Shown here in pieces: positions 50,134 through 62,750 of a stretch of DNA of 64,000 bases. The translations under genes and the position numbers were made by a program. Positions within the stretch are counted from its first letter, which is position 1, and the number at the start of each line of letters is the position of its first letter. Source of the DNA: Podarcis liolepis (taxonomy: Eukaryota); the NCBI GenBank assembly GCA_965112155.1, contig OZ218101.1. The stretch is one strand, 5' to 3'. The notes under the pieces were generated by a model. The model did not search any database and was not told where the DNA came from. It was given only the letters and a program-made list of their open reading frames with translations.

Positions 50134-52055
50134 ACTATAGGCAGCATTATCTCTGTCATCAAGTCAACCTCTATTTGGTGAGTTAAATAGCTGTTCATCT
50201 GGCACAAAGGAAAGGAGGACACATGGGGAAAGTAATCTGGGCTTTTTACTAATGCAAAAGAAAATTCACCTTTTCTAGTAATTTCTGGTAGACCTTTGTA
50301 TATAAGGGTTTCGTCTGATAGCTTTTGTGCAACAATACATAACAGCCTGACCAGTAAGATACAAGAATCTTACTGAAACAATCCTCCTGTATAATGCATA
50401 AGGCAATGTTAACACTTAGACTTCCTTTACCTTCTGGACTTTCCCCCCAGCCCAGCATGTACCATCTGCTCTGCTGGTTAAGTGCATACTGAAGCTTATG
50501 AATACAGTTGTGTAGTATGACCCTATGTGTAAGAATCAGTGGACTGGTGGAAACTTGGTGAAATCACTCCAAGGCAAACAGGAAATGCCAACAGCATGCA
50601 AGCCACATTTAAAGTGGTAAGGCGACCCACTTTACTTTACAGATGACTATTCCCTATTTGAAAGACCACCATAGAAGAAGTCTTCTATTTCAAGGGCTTG
50701 CCAGTGCAAGTTCATTTTAAAGATTAGAATCATAGAATCTGATCAATACCTTTTTATGTTGGGCAACATATTTTTTTTTTACCTGAAATGCCCTCTCACT
50801 CCATTCTTGAGGACACCCAGAAAAGTGAGAAAATCTGAACTGAACATTAGAGAAAATCCACAGTAATACTGCAACACAAGCCCTCACTATTGATTCCTAT
50901 TAAAATTTCATTGGAAAGAAACCTGCAATCTGGCTGAACTCAGTACTTGAAAAGGTGATGGAGTGTTTGAACAAAGAGGGATGATTAACAGTTGATTTGG
51001 TTATTAAACAGAAGGTTCCTAGCGAAGCTTGGGCTTGGGCATCAATTCAATGAGACTTGAATTCTTGCCTTTAGTGCCTCAGAACTCAGAAGTGGCCGTG
51101 AACTTACCTAAAGGATACTAACCCACAGAAAACGGCTTGAAAATCAGCAATAGAGATCTACAATATCAACACCCCGGGGTGTCGGAGGCAGGACATCCAC
51201 ACCCATGGACAGAGCAGGAAGATGAATTCAGGGAAAGTGTAATGCTGCCTGGATAGTGTAATTTTAGACAGAGTCTTCAGCACTTAATTCAAGAAACCCT
51301 TTATATTCATACAGAGCCTTTTTCATGCTGCCAGAAATGTAACGTGCTCAATACATAAAAGAATCTGCTGACAATCACAAACTATTCTCAAATTCAGCAG
51401 TGCTAATTCTACTTTGTTTGAAGAACTGAAATATATCCATTCTCTTGCACATAAAGGCTTGTAGAAAAATAGAAGACCTGTGATTTAAACAACTCTATAT
51501 CCTGCTATTGAAGTATAAATTGCAACAGACAATGCATATGCCATTATTTACTGAATTATGCTTATTTCAAAAAGGAAGGATTATGATGTTCCAAACACAT
51601 TTCTCTCCTCATCTTTCAAAGCCTTAATCTCCTTGCAACACTCAATACTGAGTTTCTTTTATACCTGGAAATTAAACAAATTACGCTCTGGTCTAATGAA
51701 TACTAAGCAATAAAACACTCTTGCTAATGAAGGGTTTAAATATTTGAAGGGCTCTAAAAGAACTTTATTTACGATGTGGCTAATGGTCTACATAAATTAC
51801 ACAAGTAACCAGATTAGTGATTAAAACTTTGACCATGATGGTTAAGTGTGAAAAGAGGCTCTGCTCCTACTGTTCAGCAAATGATCTCAGTTCACAAAAC
51901 CATATTTTAGGGACATCCCACTCTCTAAAAAAAAAAAAAGCATGTGCAGAAAGGGAAATGTGGAAGAGAGAATTGGCTTGGGCAGGGTAAAGAAGAGAGG
52001 AGGGCAAATGAGTAGGGCATGTTGTGAAGACGTAAAAGGAGAGTTCACTCTTTGT

Positions 52056-52145
52056 CACAGCTGTCAACGTTTCCCTTTTTTTAAGGGAAATTCCCTTATT
52101 CCGAATAGGATTCCTCGCAAGAAAAGGGAAAAGTTGACAGCTATG
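52056..52145. mobile_element. hAT mini MITE, 90 bp
   Basis: TIRs cacagctgtcaac / gttgacagctatg; exact 8-bp TSD ctctttgt. Confidence 0.92.
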
Positions 52146-52304
52146 CTCTTTGTTTTTCAATGGTGCTGAGTTGGGAATGTTGCAGACATAATGGATGCAC
52201 CTTGTTCTTCAATGGTGCTGCAAGCCCACCTTCACAACTGAGCTGTCAGATGAGAATACCGGATTATTTAATCTTTGTTCAAGCCCGTAAGTCTTGCATT
52301 TTAT

Positions 52305-52491
52305 GGGAAAAGGCCGTAGCTCAGGGGCTGAGCACATTCTTTGCCTGCAAAAGGTTACAGGCTCAATCCCTGGGATCACCAAGTAGGGTTGGGGGAGACC
52401 CGTCCCTGAAAGCCTGGAGAGACACTGCCAGTCCAGGTTGGCTATGCTGAGCAAGATGGTCTAATGGTCTCACACTGCATAAGGCAGCTTC
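52305..52491 (+). mobile_element. Squam3-like tRNA SINE
   Basis: ggccgtagctcag A-box-like head, ctggagag...ctgccagtc body, ataaggcagcttc tail. Confidence 0.75.
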
Positions 52492-52503
52492 AGCGGGCAG
52501 CTT

Positions 52504-52672
52504 CATAGAATCATATAATTGTAGAGCTGGAAGGGACCCCAAGGGTCATCTAGTCCGATCCCCCTGCAATGCAGGAATCTCAGCTAAAGCACCCATGGCA
52601 GATGACCATCCAACCTCTGCTTAAAAACCTCCAGGGAAGGAGAGTCCACAACCTCTCGAGGGAGACCATTCC
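52504..52672 (-). mobile_element. CR1 LINE 3' end
   Basis: catagaatcat tail; gtagagctggaagggacc...ggtcatctagtcc...aaaacctccagggaaggagagtccac. Confidence 0.85.
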
Positions 52673-53133
52673 TACGTTCCACTCTCTGCTATCATTGGCA
52701 TTCCTGATGGGGAAAAGTTACCGGTAATGAAGCAACTGCAGCTAACACTGGTGAGCGATGAAATGACAGAGAAGGTCCATGTGCCCAGAGTCAACAAGGC
52801 AACCCTGCATTCAGTTCACTTATCCCCTGGTACATACAGGTCTGCAGCCCTAAGACTGCTGTGCTCTTTGGATACCACCTCAGTCCAACATTTCTGTGAA
52901 TTTGTGGCACTCTGGATCAAATGCTTTGCTGCTGAACTGTGGGTGCCACTTTGATCTAACAAGCTCGTTATAATAATGCTTTCCTTCACAACTTAAAACT
53001 TCAAAAAGCACTTCAGACTACAAAGGAGAGAGATCACCAGAGGGAAGGAAAACGAAATGACAAGACAGCTGAGAGTAGAGGTCATAACTCCTGCCATGCA
53101 ATCTGCTTAAGGTGTTTGAGAGACAGGATCATA

Positions 53134-53346
53134 CAGTGGTACCTCAGGTTACAGATGCTTCAGGTTACAGACTCCGCTAACCCAGAAATAGTACCTTGGG
53201 TTAAGAACTTTGCTTCAGGATGAGAACAGAAATCGTGGCAGCAGCAGGAGGCCCCATTAGCTAAAGTGGTACCTCAGGTTAAGAACAGTTTCAGGTTAAG
53301 AACGGACCTCCAGAACGAATTAAGTTCTTAACCCGAGGTACCACTG
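53134..53346. mobile_element. Tc1/mariner-pogo MITE
   Basis: TA-flanked cagtggtacctc TIRs; opposite orientation to the 14957 copy. Confidence 0.92.
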
Positions 53347-53594
53347 TACTTAACTCCACTTTCAATGTTACCCAATTGTGTGTATACACTATGATATTTT
53401 GCTCAAATTATTATTTTCCTGCATCACAAATCTTGAGTTGCTTTTGTATTAAATCCAGATTCATACAACCACTGTAGAGATGCAGCCTAGTCTACAAATT
53501 GTATGAAAAGTGAAGCATGCCTGAATTTTATCTTACTTGGGATCAGGACCAAGGAATTCATTCCTAATAAGATGGACCGTTATGTTCTCTAAAT

Positions 53595-53716
53595 CAGAGG
53601 TGCGGATCTGTGGCCCTTCAAACGTTACTGGATTCCAATTCCCAGAATGATCAGAGGTTCAGGACAATTAACTGTAGTCCAGCCACATCTACGTGTCCAC
53701 ATGTTCCCTAAGCCTG
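53595..53716. mobile_element. hAT mini MITE
   Basis: Exact 8-bp TSD ctctaaat; cag...ctg ends. Confidence 0.75.
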
Positions 53717-53765
53717 CTCTAAATTCAGAATGCCATCCCCCAATGGGAATGTGTATATATCTTCT

Positions 53766-53909
53766 GGGATAGCTCAGTCGGTAGAGATGAAACTCAATCT
53801 CAGGGATGTGGGTTTGAGCCCCACATTGGGCAAATCATTCCTGCATTGCAGGGGGGTTGGTCTAGAATGATGACCCTCATGGGACCTTCCAACTCTACAA
53901 TTCTATGAT
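53766..53909 (+). mobile_element. tRNA-Lys-derived SINE with CR1-type tail
   Basis: gggatagctcagtcggtagag...ggtttgagccccac head; cttccaactctacaattctatgat tail. Confidence 0.85.
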
Positions 53910-56900
53910 GCTTGTAAACTCCCAAACAATTGCCTATTTTCTCCCCATTTCCCCTAAATCTTGGCTTGTGGTAGGGTTGCACAAGCCTTTACACTCCATG
54001 CACTGTGTATATAGGGAGTGCATGAACCAGCCCTGAGGTGAAAGAAAAACAACTGCTCATCATGATAAATCATGCCAGGTTAATGGCAAAGTAAATAAAC
54101 CAACAACCATTCCCACTGCAGACCTGTTCAATACGCTTGTACAAAACTAAAATGTATAACTATGCATAAAAATGGATTAGTATCTTTCCATCTTGCTTCT
54201 CAGTCAGACAGTTGAGTGGCAATTCAAAAAAGGTATCTGGAATCAATGGAAAGGTTGTTTGAACCTCAAATTACTATTTAATAAGGCAACCATTTCAAGC
54301 TTGTGTGTGTGTGTGTAGGACACACACAGATGGAGAGGTAAATCTTTTTCAGTTCCAGTTTTGCTTTTTACCAGATTGAAGTCTAAAGACTTTTGCCAAC
54401 AGGTTAGACTCTTATGTTTCATAAAAGGAATTCATGAAGGAATTTAAGAGCTACTTAAAGTCATATACAATTACATGGCAAAATTATTTAACTCGGCTAT
54501 ACTACCAGAGATACTGATAACACATTATTGGAGTGCTATCAATTGGTATTACTATTATTTGGTATTACTATTCTTCTTTGTCCATTTAAATAAAGTGACC
54601 TCAACTATAGTATTGTAATATATCATACACACCCCAACTAAGAATTATATGAGTGGGTTTTCTTCTAAATTATGGGCATAATACAAAATTAAACATTTTT
54701 AAGCCCCTTAAACACATGGTTAATGTGAAATCAACATGTCAAAAATGCTTATATCTTGTTGAATTGTGCCCAGAGCAAATTCTTGGATCAAGCACATGAT
54801 AGCATGGTGAGCAGAAAACATCCCACAGTCTTTAATGTACATCAAATAGTATTTGATGGTAATTGCTGCAAACAAATGGCACCCTGGCTTCATCCCCTCT
54901 TCAGATTGTTAACTATGTCTACAGGTAGTAAAATAACAAGTCAATTGGCTGTCTCAGTTATACTCATATTCCATAACACTCACATGCATGCATAAAGGCT
55001 CGTGACATTCAGATTATCCACAACCTGTGCCTGGCTCCGATATGCTGTAGATTTCTTCTGTTTTCATTCTTGGTCCTATATGGAGATATTCTGCATGAAT
55101 GGATGCATACATCTGTGTTTGGGACTGCAGCTCTTGCTGCAATCTTGAGGAGTCCTATAACTACTTCAGAGAGTTTAGGCATTGTTCTAATTCAAAGTAA
55201 GCTGATATACTTCACATGGTACTATCTCCACAAAGGAACACTCAGGGGTGGTCATTAGGAAGGAGATTGGTTGCACATGATCCATGCATCTGGCTCAGCC
55301 CTTACAATCAAAACAGGTATGGAAGGAGCAGAAAGGATATCTTTCTAATTTATCCACTGTTCTATGCTAGAATCATCCTATACCAAATAGCACAAGGAAC
55401 CAAATGTTGTTGCCAGTCATAAAATTGGTGAATAGCCTATGTTCAGCTCAGGCAAATCAAGGCATGGTTTTCAGAAGCAAATGCAAATTATATAAATGCT
55501 AAGCAATCAAGCCCACTTTACTTCTACCCATTTTCAATCAGGATCAGCAATTATTTTGGGCAGAGCTACTTCTGAACAAGCCAGTGGCAAATACTGCTTT
55601 TTTAAAAAATACAGAAATGCTTGTGGAAATTTATTTACTTAAATATCTTTCAGCTCTTGCATGCTGTCAGGGGCTGACCCTCCCCAAGGCGGCTCCCAGC
55701 AAATTCCTATTTGTAAAATTACAATCCATAAAAATAAACATCTGAAATTATTATAACCACCAGCACTTACTAGAATATAAGACAACTTATTCTAAATATA
55801 AACCCAGGCATGCTAGTTATGTGAAATTAAAAATAGCAGCAGTTAAGTAAGACATCCTAACATATTTAAAAGTAGAATTAGTAGTGCAATGCATCACTCT
55901 CCATCAGGGATCAAATGAATGAATGTATGTGCCGACTTCTCTGCTTAATTCGCTGCTGAGAAACAGATTTGGACCACAGTGCAAAACAGAGTGAAGCACA
56001 TTGAAACCAGGGCCAGCTCATCCTATTTTGCCACAAGGCAAAAGGGGAATTGCTGCCTCTGGCACCAGGGGTTCCACCCTTAAGTGAACAGGGAGACAAG
56101 CCACAAACGGTTGACTTAATATTACAACAAAATTACTCGCAAGATATGGGGCAGCACCCACGTGACCTCGACTCCCACCAGGTCTGTGTTTCACCCACCT
56201 TCACTGGTGAGGAGTCTCAAACAAAATTCCTCTTTCAGAGATGCATCTCTCCAGAGGCCAAAGTTACCAATCATGCAAAAAAACCTGAAGCATTTAGGTG
56301 GGAGTGCGTAAAACAGAAGTTGCTGGAAATCCACACAAATAATTTCATTGTGACCTACTGAGTTCACATATGCAGAGGGCATTCACCTAAGAGCCAACAC
56401 CATCATCTTTCCTTAAATCTGTGAAATGGCTAAATAATTGTGCCTGGAGATCTATGTCTTTCTCCTAATTTTGGACAGGGTAGTAGTGTTAGTTTGAAAG
56501 GCACTCCCATCATTACTCACTCAGCAACACTGGAGCCCAATTATCTTCTAAAGAGATGGCTAGAGTTATTTTCTGCAATTTCCCAAGATAATGTGGGGAC
56601 ATTACTGGAGATTAGTAGGCTGGGGTTTGGTTGCTAATGGAAAGAAGCTATCTCCAATTAACATGACCTGGTTTCACTAGGCAGGTAAATCATCGGTTTC
56701 CTAAAACACACTTACTGGTTGTACATCAAAAAGCCAAGCTTCATATAAAGCAAAATCATTTGGTCTGAACTTCCGAACTCTTTTACCATATTATGACTAA
56801 ATCTGGGAGAGCATCATTATTAATTTCATTATTACTCTAAACATTTTACAGAATAACAGAGGAAGAAAAAATTAGTCCCTGTGCTGAGGATCTTACAATC

Positions 56901-57281
56901 CACGTTTCAACGGGGGCGGGGGGACAATAAAAGCAGAGGCATGTGTAAAAGTACATAAATGCAAATGTGTGTTAAGAAACACATAGTGGGGGAAATGGGT
57001 TTCTCCTGAACAATAAACTCGCCTGTACCATGTCATATTTGGAGAATTTTTATGGCTATTTAGGAATGTGTGTGAAGGGGCTGCTGCTTTGGGGGGGGCA
57101 ACCTCACTGTTGCACGCACATAAATGTGGTCACTTGCTGGATTCTTCAAGTTTTAATTACATCAGTGTTATTTTGTTTCTTTAATTAATATAGTTTGACC
57201 CCCACATTTCAATACAAAATTGCCAAGGCAGCATAAAAGACATGGTTTGCCTTAGTGCTGCATTTTTGTCTAGCTCCAAAC

Positions 57282-57407
57282 CAGTGTTTCCCAAACTTGG
57301 GTCACCAGCTGTTTTTGTACTACAGCTCCCACCAGTGGGACCAGTGGTCAGGGATGATGGGAATTGCAGTCCAAAAACAGCTGGAGACCCAAGTTTGGGA
57401 AAATCTG
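57282..57407. mobile_element. hAT mini MITE
   Basis: Palindromic; TSD ctccaaac/ctccacac. Confidence 0.8.
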
Positions 57408-57524
57408 CTCCACACAAACCGCAAGCTGTAGTCAAAGTTTCGTCATACTGCGTGTGGTTTTACTGGAGTGAAACAAGCTTGATGAACCCAGGTTTGCATG
57501 TAAAGCTATGCCAAACCGTGAGTT

Positions 57525-58026
57525 GTTATTGTTTAGGCATTTAGTTGTGTCTGACTCTTTGTGACCCCATGGACCAGAGCACTACAGGCATTCCTGTCTT
57601 CCACTGCCTCCCGCAGTTTGGTCAAATTCATGCTGGTAGCTTCGAGAACACTGTCCAACCATCTCATCCTCTGTCGTCCCCTTCTCCTTGTGCCCTCCAT
57701 CTTTCCCAACATCAGGGTCTTTTCCAGGGAGTCTTCTCTTCTCATGAGGTGGCCAAAGTATTGGAGCCTCAGCTTCAGGATCTGTCCTTCCAATGAGCAC
57801 TCAGGGCTGATTTCCTTCAGAATGGATAGGTTTGATCTTCTTGCAGTCCATGGGACTCTCAAGAGTCTCCTCCAACACCATAATTCAAAAGCATTAATTC
57901 TTCAGCAATCAGCCTTCTTTATGGTCCAGCTCTCACTTCCATACATCACTACTGGGAAAACCACAGCTTTAACTATACGGACCTTTGTTGGCAAGGTGAT
58001 GTCTCTGCTTTTTAAGATGTTGTCTA
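57525..58026 (-). mobile_element. BovB LINE 3' fragment
   Basis: Encodes DNILKSRDITLPTKVRIVKAVVFPVVMYGSESW...RRRGRQRMRWLDSV. Confidence 0.95.
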
Positions 58027-58228
58027 CCCCTTCATGGATAACTGCCTTGCCGTGGCGAAGGGGCTTGAATAACTCAGAGAAGCTATGAACTATACCTAGC
58101 AGGGCACCCAAGATGGACAGGTCATAGTGGAGAGTTTTGACCAAACGTGATCCACCTGGAGCAGGAACCGGCAAGCCACTCCAGTATCCCTGCCAAGAAA
58201 ACTCCATGGACAAAGAACAGGCATATAA
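58027..58228 (+). mobile_element. BovB 5' UTR segment, inverted relative to the adjoining 3' fragment
   Basis: catggataactgccttgccgtggcgaagggg...aagctatga...gggcacccaagatggacaggtcatagtggagag...ccactccagtatc...gaaaactccatg, recognised as BovB/RTE 5' UTR. Confidence 0.85.
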
Positions 58229-59354
58229 AAACTGTGGGTTAGCTCCAGGTAATATTCCAGCAGCAGCACTGTTGGAGGTGCAAAGCATTGTAATTTTCCC
58301 TCTGAATGTCTGCATGCTCACCTAGACACAGTTATCCATGGTCTGTCAGTGTTATGTGAAATGGGCTAGTTTCACGGAAATTTCCTATGATCCTCCACAA
58401 ACACTCCCCAATCCTTTTTTGGGAGAGATGGAGAACAAAGTTATGTCCCTGTTTCGCAGCCTTTATTCTATATACTCAATAACTTTGAGATCTCTGCATA
58501 GCTCTAATAAAGATGAGAAAAGAGGGGGGTAATTCAAACTGTGTTACTTCAATTGCCACCTAATGTCCCAGCAGATAAAATTAACTGGCATTAACTGAAT
58601 TGACTGTAACTCACAGCTGACTGTTTAGCTGTCTAACCTGATGTAATAAAACCCAGTGGATGCAAAACTCCAGTCCAACATAGCGTGAAACAGCACTAGC
58701 ATCCATTTGCTAGACACAATATTATTTCAGCATTGATTCCAAAAGTCATTTCTTCAATAATAATAAAAATTAACCTACTTCAGCTTTCGTTTCAGGATAA
58801 TAACATTGCAGCAACTCAATAAATATGGTTTGGTTTGTTTGTTTTTTACTCAGGGAAACAATTTTGGCATCAAGGCATATTTCCAGAATATCGTTTCACA
58901 TTTTTCCAAGAAGTCAAATTCATATTTGTGAACTGAGATTAACTTGATACTTAATATTACCCATTCATTTTATCAATTAGGGTTGCCATATTTCCATATT
59001 TGGGTTTTTCTTGGCAAAATGTTTTTTTGCAAAATCTCAACACTTCTGACATGGGTTTCCATATGTCTGGAAAAATGAAATGATGATGTTAAAGTTGTTA
59101 ATATACATATTCAATCATAGGGAGAGAAAATCATTTTTCACATGGAAAATAAGTTCTACAATAATTTCAAATCTCAGATAATTTGCTGATGTACTGCACT
59201 TCGTCAGGTGAGGTGAGAATATTCTCTGCTAGAAAATTCTCCGCAAACTATAAATTCTAATGCAAGAACCAGTTTTACAACCCATGTTTAAAAAATCTAG
59301 TAAATAATAAGTCAAGCTGTGATATTGCCAGTGTAAGTAATGAATAATGATGTA

Positions 59355-59669
59355 CAGTGGTGCCTCGCAAGACGAAAAGAATCCGTTCTGTGATTCTCTT
59401 CGTCTAGCGGTTTTTTCGTCTTGCGAAGCAAGCCCATTGACGGATTAGTGGATTAGCGCTATTAGCGGCTTATCTGCTTATCGGATCAGCTGATAAGCGG
59501 CTTAGCGGCTTAGAAAAAGGGTGGGAACCCGCAGGAACTCACAAGACATTTTCGTCTTGCGAAGCAAGCCCATAGGAGATTCGTTTTGCGAAGCACCTCC
59601 AAAACGGAAAACTCTTTCGTCTAGCGAGTTTTCCGTCTTGCGAGGCATTCGTCTTGCGGGGCACCACTG
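59355..59669. mobile_element. Tc1/mariner-pogo MITE (gcaagacgaa family)
   Basis: TA-cagtggtgcc...ggcaccactg-TA. Confidence 0.9.
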
Positions 59670-61074
59670 TAGGTTTTTTTTATTCTGTTACATTACTGGG
59701 GATTGTGTCATTCACCATTGGCAATTCTGAAACGTGAGCTACAGAAAACATTTTATTTTATTTTATTTTTAAAAAATGCTATTCATTTAATTTGATCAAC
59801 ATTTGAATTCATATATATTTCAACTCTAATTGCCTTTTTCCTATTTTGGTGTGACCTTATTCTTAGCAATTCTATAACCGTTGGCCATACAGTGTATTTT
59901 ATTAGTGTTGCACTGAAAATACTGTACCATGTAAATATACTTATTAAAGGACATACTCATGTAGCAGACCTGAGGTTTTTTTTATATTCCTTTTACTTTA
60001 AAAGCTACATTTCATACATACACAACATAATTAGAATTCAAAGTTGATGGTAAATATACAGTTGGTGGCAAGCTTAGTGATTAACGTGAGTCATTCACGT
60101 TGAATTTTCAATTTGAAGTTTGGTGCAAAAAATCAAAGAATATGGATTCACTGCATTGCCCCATTCAATATTATATTCAACTAATATTCAACTAATAAAA
60201 TATTCAAAAAGGGGGGGATAAAAGTATCTGTACAGTTTTTGGTTTCCATCTGAACAAGTTTACCCATGAATAAACATGTATATTAACTAATATCATTTTC
60301 AATGCATTAAAATCATATCATTATATCATTAAAATGTTCTCCTATTTTAAATGAAAATTCTCTAATATTCTCATTAATTGAGAATACCGTATTCTCGAGA
60401 ATATTCTCCAAAAGATTATTCTCGAGAATTTAACATCACTAACTGCACTCTTAGCAAGTCTCATTTGTCTGTAACATGAGATACCAAATGTTCTTAATGT
60501 TATTTTAAATTCTGGATGTTGCATTTTAGATTTCTGTAATAATTGGCTTATAATGTTCCTTTAATGATATGTGCTGTGATAATTACTGGCAGTATTTCAG
60601 ACAATACAGTACAGTAAACAATTTCAACTTCTATTCACGATGGTGAAGCGAACCAATAAAATCATACCGGCTGTCTATGAGTTTATTTCACATTATTTGA
60701 AATATAAGTTTTTAATTACTTTTTAACTGTTACCATAATCAGGCAATGCCAATGCTGTTTTAGAACAAGAAGATAAAAGAATCTGCTGGTATCTTACTTT
60801 CCCCACAGACATAGACCAAAGGAGCCATTTCCTTATTATTGTTAATACCAGGCACTTGTGGTTTGCAGTAACATTTTCCTCTAATTTTCTGGTGATTTGT
60901 ATTCCCTGGCTACATGTACCAGTTAACTAATGTCTTGAAAAGCACTATATGAAACACCATGAAATTTAAGTTCTATCCAACTGATTCAACTTTAGATTTA
61001 TATTAACATTTAAACTCATACTGATTCGCAGTCACAACTCTGTTTATTCAAGTAGCACATTTCAGACAGTCCAT

Positions 61075-61430
61075 CAAGGAAAAGGAAAAGTCTGATCCTT
61101 AACCTCTGCTGCTGCCTTGAAGGATATCTTTGGGGAAAGAAAAGGCTAAGGAGTAAATCCTACCCAAATCCGCAGTGGAGTCCCTAAGATGGCGCCTTGT
61201 ACGCCTCCTTCTGGCAACTCCTGCAGACAAGCTAGTGCAAAACATATTGCTCTGCTTTCCTTTGGACCACATTAGCAAGGCAGAGATGGAGGTACTGCCA
61301 TCTGGGCAGCCTGGGAACTCCATATACAGTGCTCAGGCTTGTGCCCTGAGGAAGTGACTGTGATTGCAGCTGTTTGACTTCATCCCCGAGGCTCAGTCCA
61401 TTGTCTCTCAAAACAGACGAATGCCAGTAA
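61075..61430 (+). mobile_element. Internally deleted RTE derivative
   Basis: Homologous to 4960-5345; ends gtccattgtctctcaaaacagacgaatgcca. Confidence 0.65.
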
Positions 61431-62184
61431 CTAGGATCACCCCCTAGTGGCAGTGAAAGAATTTCCACTTGCCTCCCGCTGCATTGTATGCTGTTCCAAA
61501 GTGACCCCTGACCTTTCAAAGCAGCTTTTTGGTAAAGCCCAATGTTCTTTTATTTACAGGTGTGTTTACAAACAACTGCATGAAAAATGTTTTGTGGCAA
61601 TTGATGCATGGAGAGTTTTACCTTAAAATAAGTTGGTGTTGATTCTAGAGCAGAACGTGCTGATTATTTATTGATGCTGACTTGTGTTTGAAGTGTCTTT
61701 GATTTCAAGCTACTTTCATTGTGCATTTTTTCCTATTCTATTCTGTTTTATATATTGTATGTTGCGAGACGTCCTTTCTTGTAGGAAGTGTGGTGTTTAA
61801 AAAATAAAACCCCAAAACACCTAAAAGCAATGTGTGCCGAAGTACTTCCTCCGACAGACAAGAGAGTTGCCTTCATTTATTACATACCTTGTGCAATCCT
61901 AACCCCCTGATCTGTGCTGTAGGAGGACACTGGGATGTAGTGGATGTGCTGCAGCTGTAGAAAGCAAAGCAGATCAAACACTACTGTCAGCAGCGATTCT
62001 GTTACTGGTAAGCAGCAGAGGGCCTCAAAACTAGGAATTATGTGTCCATTGCTCAACCCTTAAGCAAATGTAAGACAACAGGTTGCCTCCTTTCTTTAGT
62101 TTGAATACTGGGTAATTTAACAATGCATTTATTCTGCCAGTCCCCCCCCCTCCCAAATATCGGAGGGTGAAGGAATACTTGGCA

Positions 62185-62750
62185 GTTATGCTGCTGACCT
62201 TTGAAGCCCTAAACAGCCTCAGCCCAGTATACCTGAAGGAGAGTCTCCACCCCCATTGTTCATCCCAGACAATGATGTCCAGCTCTAAGGGCCTTCTGGT
62301 GGTTCCCTCACTTCAAGAAGTGAATTTACAGGGAACCAGGCAGAGGGCCTTCTCAGTACAGTGGTACCTCAGGTTAAGTACTTAATTTGTTCCGGAGGTC
62401 CGTTCTTAACCTGAAACTGTTCTTAACCTGAAGCATTACTTTAGCTAATGGGGCCTCCTGCTGACGCTGCGCCACTGCTGCATGATTTTTGCTTCATGAT
62501 CCTGAAGCAAAGTTCTTAACCCAAGGTAATATTTCTGGGTTAGCGGAGTCTGTAACCTGAAGCGTATGGAACCTGAAGCGTATGTAACCCGAGGTACCAC
62601 TGTAGTAGCACCCGCCCTGTAGAACAGCTTCCCATCAGATGTCAAAACAGATAAACAAATATATGACTTTTAGAAGACATCTGAAGGCTGCCCTGTATAG
62701 AGAGGTTTTCAATGTTTTATTGCGTTTTTATATTTTTGCTGGAAGCCGAT
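62185..62750 (+). mobile_element. L2 LINE 3' fragment split by a MITE
   Basis: Encodes LLTFEALNSLSPVYLKESL...GTRQRAFSV; continues after 62604 with gtagcacccgccctgtagaac...ttttagaagacatctgaagg. Confidence 0.85.
62359..62602. mobile_element. Tc1/mariner-pogo MITE
   Basis: TA-flanked TIRs, inserted in the L2 fragment. Confidence 0.92.

Noticed and set aside
53766-53830. tRNA-Lys gene
   Set aside because: The anticodon arm is degenerate and the sequence continues into a CR1 tail, so it is a SINE head
57561-58088. Longest ORFs (175 aa here; also 152 aa at 3496 and 150 aa at 49510)
   Set aside because: They are antisense frames of BovB fragments, repeated three times, not host genes
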